This document shows, piece after piece, positions 1-8,800 of a DNA stretch of 64,000 nucleotides (its first letter is position 1; each line of letters opens with the position of its first letter). Below the pieces are notes generated by a model, which had not been told where the DNA came from, searched no databases, and saw only the letters and a program-made list of their open reading frames with translations. Origin of the DNA: Cellvibrionaceae bacterium (GTDB taxonomy: Bacteria; Pseudomonadota; Gammaproteobacteria; Pseudomonadales; Cellvibrionaceae); NCBI GenBank assembly GCA_050298695.1, contig JBNKUQ010000002.1, positions 3,136-67,135 of the forward strand, in the 5' to 3' direction. The translations under genes and the position numbers were made by a program.

Positions 1-2784
1 CTAAATAATATTATTTCCCAAGTTAACTTGCTAGATCCTTCACAATCGACATTAAGTGCTAATGCCTTCAATGTCGATACACAAGCTTGGAACGGATTAC
101 CCTCCTTTACCGGTGCCAGCGGTTTTTTAGATATGAGTTTGGATGAGGGTATCGTCTTATTAGATGCGAACCAATTTTCTTTTTTCCCCGATGTGATCTA
201 CAACGAAGCAGTTGTCACCGATCGAGCTCGTGGCGCAGTGAGTTGGCGTATCGACACAACGAAGAAACAGGTTGAGGTTTACGGTTATGATTTAATGGCA
301 TCCAGTGAATATGGTGAAGCCCGTGGCCATTTTGCTTTGGATTTGGGGTGGGGTTCGAATAAAGAGTACCAAAATTTGGTATTACAGGTGGGCTTACAAA
401 ATTCCAATGCATTATTCCATAAACAGCTTGTTCCCAAACTATTACCGCGTGAGTTATTGCGATGGATGTCGGCATCCATTAAATCAGGTGATGTGAAACA
501 AGCAGGTTTATTTTATCGTGGAGGGTTTCAACAAAACTCCGAGCGCACGATACAATTTTTTGCTGATTTAGAAAATGGTCGTCTTGATTTCAGCGATGAT
601 TGGCCAGCGTTAAATAATTTAAAGGGGCGATTTATAGTTGAGGATAAACAGATACGAGGCAGCGTAGATACCGCTTCGGTCTATAATCGAGATTTTTTTC
701 AAGGCGAGTTTAAATGGAATAAAGACGATCGTAATGTATTGAATATTAATGCAAAAGGCAGTACCAATATTCAGTCGGGTTCTCGCTATTTGCGTGAGTC
801 ATGGTTGAATACAAAAGCGGGGCCGGTCGCTAAGCAATTAGATGGCAAAGGTAGAGTCGGTGTCGATGTAAAGTTAACCATTCCCTTAAATCATTCCCCT
901 GTACCCGCGACACAAAATGTCAGTGTTTATTTTAAAAATAATACCGTGGCATTAAAAGAAACAGGATTAACCTTTGAGGATGTATCAGGAACGCTGCATT
1001 ACTCGACAGAGCGTGGATTTGCGAGTAATCATTTAAGCGGGAAATTATTTGGCCAGTCAGTTATTGCTGAGGTCGGGCTTGATGCTTCACAAAAAGATAA
1101 AATTGTATTGATTAAAGGTAGTGGTAATGCTCCTGCTAAGTCGATTGCGAATTGGTTGCAGCATCCAATCCTTAACTACCTGTCAGGTAATGCCGATTAT
1201 CACCTGGCCATTCAGATCCCACTAGAAGAAAGTTTATTTCAACCTAATATAACGGTGACTTCAAATTTAGTCGGCGTCAGTGTGGCAATGCCCGCCCCTT
1301 TTGACAAACGCTCCGAAGCAGTATTACCACTGACCTTTACTATGCCACTAAATGAAAACAAATTTGAGTATAAGTTAGTCATAGGTAATATTTTTTCTGG
1401 TCATTTTTTATTTGAACAAGATGACAGCTACAGAGCGATTGTAGCCGTCAGTGATAAGCAATATCCTCAACAGATTAGCTTGCCTGAATCCGGTGTGAAG
1501 TTAGTAAGTCAGTTTAATGATGTGGATGGGAAAGCGTGGTTAGACTTTTTAAAGCAGTATCCTCGTGATGAAAATAAATTGAATCATCAAACATTCAATG
1601 CTTTATTTTCGATTGATCATCTTCGTTACAATGATTCTGAATTTGATAACTTGATGGTTTCAGGTCATCGGGAACAAAATGGTTGGAGCTTGTTGGTTGA
1701 AGGGGATGATATCCTCGGTGGCGTTTATGTTGATGACAATAAAGAGCGCCCCTTAATTGTTGATATAGATTATCTTAATTGGCCACCAGGGTATGTGGAA
1801 CAAGTTGGTAAAACTTTAACGCCTGAGCCTACAGATGTTACTTCTAGCATTGATATTCTTGCCGATGTCAATCCTGCGGAACTGCCTGCGGCAAATATTA
1901 AAATCAATCGCTTAATCTATAAAAATAAACCCTTAGGTAGTTGGATGATGCAACTGCAACCGGATAGTGAGGGATTGTGGGTTCGCAACTTAGTCGCGAC
2001 GGTTAATGGTTTTACGCTAGCGGGAGAAGGTGATAATCAAGGCGCGAGTTTACGTTGGTTTGCGGGAGGTGAAGGTGCTCCTATGTCAACGGTTTTCAAT
2101 GGAAAAATTACTGGTGGTAACCCTAAAACCTTATTCGAACAATGGGATCTTCCTTTTGGTTTGGAAAGCGAGCAAACCTTGTTAACGGCGGATTTATCTT
2201 GGTTGGGCTCTCCAGCAGGATTTGATATTGCGAAATTGCAGGGCAACATCCGAAGTGAGCATAAAAAGGGAATCTTTACTCAAGAAAAAACAAACGAAGC
2301 AACGGGTATATTGAGGCTATTTGGTTTATTTAATTTTGATTCTTGGGCGCGCAGAATACGTTTAGATTTTTCTGATGTCTACAAGAAGGGTATCGTTTTT
2401 GATGATTTACATGGTCAGTTAACCTTTGATCGAGGTCTTATCGTGATATCGGAACCGGTTACCATGCAAGGGCCATCAAGTAAAATGTCTTTGTCTGGAT
2501 CAATAGATTATCCTGAAAAAATGGTAGATGCTCATTTGGTGGCAACTATTCCTATTGGTGGCAACTTGGCGGTTGTTGCGGGTATTGCTGGTGGTTTACC
2601 TGCAGCGGCTGGAGTGTACTTGGTTAGCAAACTCTTCGAAAAGCAAGTAGAAAAAGTTTCCAGTGTCAATTACTCTATTGATGGTCATTGGAATAACCCA
2701 GTGATTAAAGTCGAAAATTTAAAAGAGCAAGCGACTGATACCCCCTCTGAAACAGCTAAAACTAACTCATTTGAAGATGGATAA
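1..2784 (+). CDS. yhdP: YhdP-family (AsmA-like) envelope-spanning protein, C-terminal ~925 aa; the 5' end lies off the window
   Basis: Frame 1 is open from nt 1, with no stop before the ORF-track start at 28, so the gene is truncated by the window edge. Its size and C-terminal hydrophobic Gly/Ala-rich segment (AVVAGIAGGLPAAAGVYLVSKLF), followed by VNYSIDGHWNNPVI, match my memory of YhdP C-termini. Confidence 0.7.
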   Translation, partial: LNNIISQVNLLDPSQSTLSANAFNVDTQAWNGLPSFTGASGFLDMSLDEGIVLLDANQFSFFPDVIYNEAVVTDRARGAVSWRIDTTKKQVEVYGYDLMASSEYGEARGHFALDLGWGSNKEYQNLVLQVGLQNSNALFHKQLVPKLLPRELLRWMSASIKSGDVKQAGLFYRGGFQQNSERTIQFFADLENGRLDFSDDWPALNNLKGRFIVEDKQIRGSVDTASVYNRDFFQGEFKWNKDDRNVLNINAKGSTNIQSGSRYLRESWLNTKAGPVAKQLDGKGRVGVDVKLTIPLNHSPVPATQNVSVYFKNNTVALKETGLTFEDVSGTLHYSTERGFASNHLSGKLFGQSVIAEVGLDASQKDKIVLIKGSGNAPAKSIANWLQHPILNYLSGNADYHLAIQIPLEESLFQPNITVTSNLVGVSVAMPAPFDKRSEAVLPLTFTMPLNENKFEYKLVIGNIFSGHFLFEQDDSYRAIVAVSDKQYPQQISLPESGVKLVSQFNDVDGKAWLDFLKQYPRDENKLNHQTFNALFSIDHLRYNDSEFDNLMVSGHREQNGWSLLVEGDDILGGVYVDDNKERPLIVDIDYLNWPPGYVEQVGKTLTPEPTDVTSSIDILADVNPAELPAANIKINRLIYKNKPLGSWMMQLQPDSEGLWVRNLVATVNGFTLAGEGDNQGASLRWFAGGEGAPMSTVFNGKITGGNPKTLFEQWDLPFGLESEQTLLTADLSWLGSPAGFDIAKLQGNIRSEHKKGIFTQEKTNEATGILRLFGLFNFDSWARRIRLDFSDVYKKGIVFDDLHGQLTFDRGLIVISEPVTMQGPSSKMSLSGSIDYPEKMVDAHLVATIPIGGNLAVVAGIAGGLPAAAGVYLVSKLFEKQVEKVSSVNYSIDGHWNNPVIKVENLKEQATDTPSETAKTNSFEDG

Positions 2785-3064
2785 ACCTAAATCGCCTCTC
2801 CTTAATTTATAGCCCACGTATTCCTTTTCTTTTTCAATTCGGTTAACTAATACTAAAAAATAATATATTTTTTAGTGGTGCTAACCTCTAGTAATAACTT
2901 TATACCTCAATCGTAGCTCTTTTATATTATCGATAGTCAAAAGTTATAACATGTTGCCATTTGTCGAATTTTAGCCACCTTTGATCTTATCGTTTAAAAA
3001 GCGGTCATTTTTTGAGTTAGTATTTACCTGTTGTTTCCACTTTTTCATGTAAGGTTGTACAAAA

Positions 3065-3646
3065 GTGCTTAGGTATTCAGGTTTTACTCTAATTGAACTG
3101 ATCGTGGTGATATCTATCATTGCTATTGTGGCATCGGTGGGCGTCCCTCTTTATAACTCGTTTATTAAAGATAATAGACTGTCATCCGCTACCGTCACCT
3201 TATTAGGTGAATTTCAGTATGCACGTTCTGAAGCAGTGAAGCGAAACTCTCAGGTCACTATATGTGCCTCGAGTAACGGTAGTTCATGCAACAGTAGTGA
3301 TTGGGAGGATGGACGGTTGGTGTTTGTCGATGATGGTGCTGGCACACCCGCTAATGCGGCGAATGGTGCTGTTGATAGTGAAACCATCCTCAAGGCCTTT
3401 GGTGCAGCCTCCTCAGGAATGACCTTTACTCCAACACTGTTTACCACGAGTGGATACATTATTTTTTCTGGTGACGGGACAGTGAGCGATGTTGGTACTC
3501 TAGTGATATGTGATGATCGATCAGTACCACAAGCTATTAACATTAATATGACAGGGCAAGCCCGTAAGGCTTATGACTCCGATGAGTCAGTTGATGGTGT
3601 TGTTAATAATTTTTCAGGAGTAAATGTTACATGCCCTTCTGCCTAA
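3065..3646 (+). CDS. Type IV pilus minor pilin, GspH/FimT/FimU family (first gene of cluster 1)
   Basis: GTG start. The prepilin signal MLRYSG|FTLIELIVVISIIAIVASVG has Gly-1, Phe+1 and Glu+5. It is ~190 aa and is the leading gene of a pilV-W-X-Y1-E operon. Confidence 0.8.
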   Translation: MLRYSGFTLIELIVVISIIAIVASVGVPLYNSFIKDNRLSSATVTLLGEFQYARSEAVKRNSQVTICASSNGSSCNSSDWEDGRLVFVDDGAGTPANAANGAVDSETILKAFGAASSGMTFTPTLFTTSGYIIFSGDGTVSDVGTLVICDDRSVPQAININMTGQARKAYDSDESVDGVVNNFSGVNVTCPSA

Positions 3647-3663
3647 TACAATCCAAAAAACAC

Positions 3664-4173
3664 ATGCAAGGTTTTAGTCTTATAGAGGTTATTGTGTCTG
3701 TTTTTATTCTTGCCGTTGGCGTACTAGGTATTGCCAGCATGCAAACAGCAAGTATCAAAATGAATCAAGGCGCCTTTCATCAATCTCAGGCTAATATTCT
3801 AATTAACGATATCTTTGATCGAATGCGCGCAAACAGAGACGCTTTTTTGGCGGGTGATTATGACGATGCGAATACCGCAAATGATGTGCCTGCCGCTCAA
3901 GCATGTATTACTAGTGCGGCTGGATGTACCTCTTCTCAACTTGCCTTGCAAGATATTCGAGAAATCACAGCTTATCTTAGAGATATTAGTAATCAAGGTA
4001 ATAGCTTTGCTGCACTGATACCCGATGGTAATGCTAGGGTAGTGCGTGATACCGACACCAATACGGCGACAGTTACGGTCACTTGGAAACAAGATGTTTG
4101 GTCTCAAAATAATGAGGGCGTTGCTGTGAAAAGTATTTCGAATGAAACCTTGTCGATGTCAGTTAGGATCTAA
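3664..4173 (+). CDS. pilV: Type IV pilus minor pilin PilV (cluster 1)
   Basis: MQGFSLIEVIVSVFILAVGVLGIASMQ is a typical PilV N-terminus. I prefer ATG 3664 over the ORF-track start at 3631, which overlaps the upstream gene. Confidence 0.8.
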   Translation: MQGFSLIEVIVSVFILAVGVLGIASMQTASIKMNQGAFHQSQANILINDIFDRMRANRDAFLAGDYDDANTANDVPAAQACITSAAGCTSSQLALQDIREITAYLRDISNQGNSFAALIPDGNARVVRDTDTNTATVTVTWKQDVWSQNNEGVAVKSISNETLSMSVRI

Positions 4174-4176
4174 AAC

Positions 4177-5271
4177 GTGAATATTCAGCTTGTTCAACAT
4201 TATAAAAATAGAAAAGGGTTCACTCTGGTTGAATTAATGGTGGCAATGGTACTAGGCATTATTGTGCTTTTTGCTGTCACGCAGGTGCTTAACAATAATC
4301 GCTTGTTGACCAATACAGAAGTTTCTCTGTCGCGCATTCAAGAAGCGGGTCGTTTAGCGGTTAATTTACTGAATAAAGAGTTTCGTAAAATTGGTTATCA
4401 TGGCTGTAGTAATCCTGGCGATATGAATGTAACAGTTATGGCTACGTCGGGAGTCGACTCTGATTTTGGTGCGACATCTTTACGTGGATATGAAGTGGGT
4501 GCTGGCGGTACATTTTCTCCTGCTTTAGATGCTTCATCCAGCTTGTCGGTGATTCAGGGAACGGGTGTTAGACAAGCGAGAGTCGGAAGTGATGTTATTC
4601 AAATAAAATACGCAGACCGTACGGGAGCAAAATTAACGGGGAATACGGACCCTGTTAATGCCAATATTCAAGTAGATAGTAATCCAACAGGTTTGTCGCA
4701 AAATGATATCGCCATCGTTTCTGATTGTAACTCAGCACATATTTTTCAAATTACCAATGTAAGCACGACAGGAGGAAGCAGTATTGTAACGATGGCCCAT
4801 GCTTCGAGTAACAATAGCCCTCATAAAATGTTACCAGGTTATACAACTGACGCTGATCTCTTGTCATATTACGATGCGACTTATTTTGTTGCTGATACTG
4901 GTCGCAATGTTCGTGGCAGTATCGATGTTTATTCGCTTTACAGAAAAATGAGCAACAGTGCGACCCCGGAAGAATTAGTTGAAGGCGTTGAGTTTTTCCA
5001 AGTGTTGTATGGTGAAGATGTTGGTTCTGGCCGAATAAGGTTTGTACCTGCAGGGACATCGGGGCTTAATATGCAGTCAGTAGTGGCTATTAAGTTTGCT
5101 CTATTGATTCAAGATTTTGAAGTGGGTCAAAAAGATAACGATACTCGCTCTTACACTTTATTGGATACGACAATTCCTGCCTCTGGTACTTTATCTCATT
5201 CTGGGGGCAAATATTTAAGGAAAACTTTCACCAGTACAGTACAGCTACGAAACATACGTACATCTAATTAA
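4177..5271 (+). CDS. pilW: Type IV pilus minor pilin / assembly protein PilW (cluster 1)
   Basis: The prepilin-type N-terminus is KGFTLVELMVAMVLGIIVLFAVTQV. It is 364 aa and sits between pilV and pilX. Confidence 0.8.
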   Translation: MNIQLVQHYKNRKGFTLVELMVAMVLGIIVLFAVTQVLNNNRLLTNTEVSLSRIQEAGRLAVNLLNKEFRKIGYHGCSNPGDMNVTVMATSGVDSDFGATSLRGYEVGAGGTFSPALDASSSLSVIQGTGVRQARVGSDVIQIKYADRTGAKLTGNTDPVNANIQVDSNPTGLSQNDIAIVSDCNSAHIFQITNVSTTGGSSIVTMAHASSNNSPHKMLPGYTTDADLLSYYDATYFVADTGRNVRGSIDVYSLYRKMSNSATPEELVEGVEFFQVLYGEDVGSGRIRFVPAGTSGLNMQSVVAIKFALLIQDFEVGQKDNDTRSYTLLDTTIPASGTLSHSGGKYLRKTFTSTVQLRNIRTSN

Positions 5272-5301
5272 TTATTACTTTTTATTTTTGAGACCCTATT
5301 T

Positions 5302-5817
5302 ATGAAACAAGTCAACAAACCTCTTAATTTTTTCATTACTTATTCAAGTAAACAGTCGGGCATGACTCTTTTTGTGAGCATGATTATGCTGTTTGTGATG
5401 ACAATCTTAGGTTTGTCGACGATAGGGTCGACAACTCTTGGCGTGCAGATGGCAGCTAACAATCAATTTGAAAATATTGTATTTCAAGAAAGCGAAGATG
5501 CGATAGAAACTAGTGCTGATGATATTAATTATTTAGGCAGTGCTTATACAGCTAGTGTTATTTCCTCTACTCCCAGTTGGCCTACTAATACTGTAGAAAC
5601 TGCTTCCAGTAGTAATAATTATTTAAGTAGCAGTTCTCAGGCTAAATTTATTGGTTTTGCTAACCCCAAAGGTGAGTCGGCAGGAAGTATTCGTATGGGA
5701 ATGTCGGGATACCAACTTTATAACTATGAGATTAGAGGCACGGCTTCTTTGGCAAATAATAATGCTGAAAATACCAATGTCCAAGGTGCCTATATTATTG
5801 GTGCTCGTTTTAACTAA
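5302..5817 (+). CDS. pilX: Type IV pilus minor pilin PilX (cluster 1)
   Basis: The PilX_N-type hydrophobic helix is QSGMTLFVSMIMLFVMTILGLSTIGSTTLGVQMAANNQFE. It lies immediately upstream of pilY1. Confidence 0.7.
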   Translation: MKQVNKPLNFFITYSSKQSGMTLFVSMIMLFVMTILGLSTIGSTTLGVQMAANNQFENIVFQESEDAIETSADDINYLGSAYTASVISSTPSWPTNTVETASSSNNYLSSSSQAKFIGFANPKGESAGSIRMGMSGYQLYNYEIRGTASLANNNAENTNVQGAYIIGARFN

Positions 5818-5858
5818 TTTTTGTATCAAATCCTTTTAGTATTTTGTGGGAGATAAGA

Positions 5859-8800
5859 ATGAAAACAACTGCACTTAAAACATTTTTGGCTAGCTTGGGC
5901 CTTTATTGTTTTTGTCTCTCGCTAGCTAATGCTGATGATACAGAAATTTACTTTGGAAACAACGCTGTATCGGTTGATACGGTTCACCCTAATATTTTAT
6001 TAATTCTAGATACCTCAAGTTCAATGGAAAATATTGTATCTGGTACAGGGATGAGTCGGCTAGATAATATGAAAGGTGCGCTGCGTACTTTAATTTCTAG
6101 TACCAATAACGTCAATATGGGGTTGATGCGTTTTAGCCGAGCAGGAGGCCCTGTTCTTTATCCGGTTTCTTACATTGATCAGCCGCTCGGTGAAAGTGCT
6201 GCAGGACAAGTTTCTGCTCGTGTTAGTCAAGCGGACGATGATGCTCAACAATCTTTGCTTGGTGTCATGGAGCTAGATAGTCCATTTGTTACCATGACGG
6301 AAACGACAACGGGTGGAAACCAGTCCGTTGAATTGGAAATACTCAATGTTACTGACGATGTAGAAGAGAAAGTTCCTAGTGGAAGTTTAGATATAGGCAG
6401 CTCCGATTTGGAAATTATGCACGAGGGAAGTAGTCAGCAGTTAATCGGTTTACGTTTTACGAACACATCGGCTATTACCCCTAGTTCTACGATTATCAGT
6501 GCTGAAATTGAATTTTCAGATGATGGTGATGCTGCTAATAATGACTCTGATTTAGAAGTCACTATTCAAGCTGAAAGAGAAGGTGATACGGGTACCTTTG
6601 GTACGGGTGCGGGTCAAAATAATGTTTCATCACGTAATTTAACCACGGCTGCATCTAATTGGTTTGTGGGTAATTTTGATGCAAATGGTAAATTAATAAC
6701 GAATGATTTAGCTGCTGTGCTAAATGAGGTTATTAGTGATGGTGTTTGGAGCGAAGGCGACCCATTTACCTTTGTATTGCAATATGCCTCTGGTAATGGC
6801 TCCGCCCGTCGTGTTGCCATGAGTCGGGACCGCTCTGCAACGAATCAGCCAAAGCTTAGGATTACCTATAGCACGGGGGCGTTGGCTGTTACGCAAAATC
6901 AAACGGTTGGTTTGCGCTTTCAAAATGTTGGCGTACCCAAGGGGGCGACGATTACCAGCGCTTCTCTAGAATTTGTTGTTGCACAAGCATCATCAAATAC
7001 TACTAGCTTAACTATTAGTGCAGAAGATACAGGGAATGCTGCCGCTTTCACTAACACAGCTAATAATTTAAGTATTGGTAACCGCCCTCGTACCTCCGCT
7101 TCTGAGTCTTGGGTTCCTGGTGAATGGGAGACTATTGGTGAGGTGGTCGAAAGTGTGGATATCAGTGATGTTATTCAAGAAGTCACAAGTCATGATGATT
7201 GGTGTGGCAATAATGCGATGGCGTTATTTATTAGTGGTACGGGTCAAAGAATTGCCGAATCTTTTGAGAGTAATCCTTCTTCTGCCCCTGTTTTAAAAAT
7301 TAATTATGATCCTGATTCTGTGCCTAATAATAATAGTTGCTTTAATCGCGAGTATTCTTATCGTGTTGAAAATAGTTCGGATGATGCAGAGCAAGAGTCG
7401 GGTCAGGATGTTTATTTGGTTAGTTCCGACTTAGAGTTATCTGATGATGGGAGTAAACTACAAGAGATAGGTATTCGTTTTAGTGGTGTACAAATTCCTA
7501 AAAACGCTGAAATTCAATCGGCCTATTTAGAATTTACGGCAGACGGTTCGAGTACAGATTCAACGTCCTTAATTATCTATGGCGATGATGTCGATGACTC
7601 TCCAACCTTTGGTGCATCATCTAATACGGTGATAGGTCGTACCAAAACGGCTGCTTCGGTATCATGGAGTAATGTAGCTAGCTGGGATGCTAGCGCCACT
7701 TATCAGTCCCCTGATATTACTGCTATTGTGCAAAGCATTGTTAATAGAAATGGTTGGAGCGCGGGAAATGGAATGTCCTTTATCATCACAGGCTCAGGCA
7801 CACGTAGAGCGTTTTCGTACAACGGCAGCGCAGGTCTGGCTCCAAGGTTGGTGGTACAAGCAAAAAGTGATGATGTCACTTCGTCAACCAGAACGGTAAG
7901 AGATGAATTACTCGAAATTGTTGACGGTATTCAATATAAATCAGGCACACCAATTGTTGGAACTTATTACGAAGCCGCTCTCTATTTTCGAGGAGAAAGT
8001 GTTGACTTCGGTAGACAAAGAGGCAATGACGGATCAAGTCGTAGAGAGCATACACGAGTTTCACATCCAGATTCCTATATGAGTGGTGTTGTTAACCGCG
8101 ATGCAGGTTGTACAGATGACAACCTAAGTTCCACGGACTGTAGGACTGAAAATATTAGCGGCAGTCCCGTTTATATTTCTCCTATAACTGAGTCTTGTCA
8201 AAAAAATCATATCGTTATATTGACTGATGGTCAGGCGAGTTATAACGCTGCAGAAGATAAGGTAAAAGCCATGATTGGCTCGAGTACTTGTGCTGATACA
8301 GGCAATCAAGCTTGTGGTCCCGAATTAGCAACCTGGTTAAATACGGTAGATCAGGCTCCAGGAGGAGCTATTACTGGTGACCAAACGATTACTACTCACA
8401 CGATTGGATTTAACTTTACCGGTGATTGGATTAAGTCAATCTCGGAAAATGGTGGTGGTGATTTTTATGAAGCTTCAACGGCAGATCAATTAGCGAATGC
8501 CTTTGAATCGATAGTGACAGAAGCGTTGAAGACTAATTCGACGTTTGTATCTCCAGCGGTAGCGATTAATCAGTTTAACCGACTGAATCATTTAGATAAC
8601 ATTTATTTCGCTGTGTTTAAGCCAACAGAAGAAGCGTTATGGCAAGGCAATGTTAAAAAATATCGTTTAAGTGGTACTGAAAATGATATTACCGATGTCA
8701 ATGGTAATCTTGCTATTGATGAGTTAACAGGCTTTTTTAAAGACTCATCTCAAAGCTACTGGTCTTCTAGTGTCGACGGGCCTGATGTGCCCCTGGGTGG

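Noticed and set aside
215-496. Short ORFs antisense to or overlapping strong genes. Examples are 215-475, 3250-3543, 3799-4107, 11589-11960, 18367-18735, 21446-21874, 23278-23682, 24789-25121, 51217-51540, 51969-52295 and 53166-53504.
   Set aside because: Each lies entirely inside a longer ORF with clear family motifs, on the other strand or in another frame. I recognised no motifs in them and treat them as shadow ORFs.
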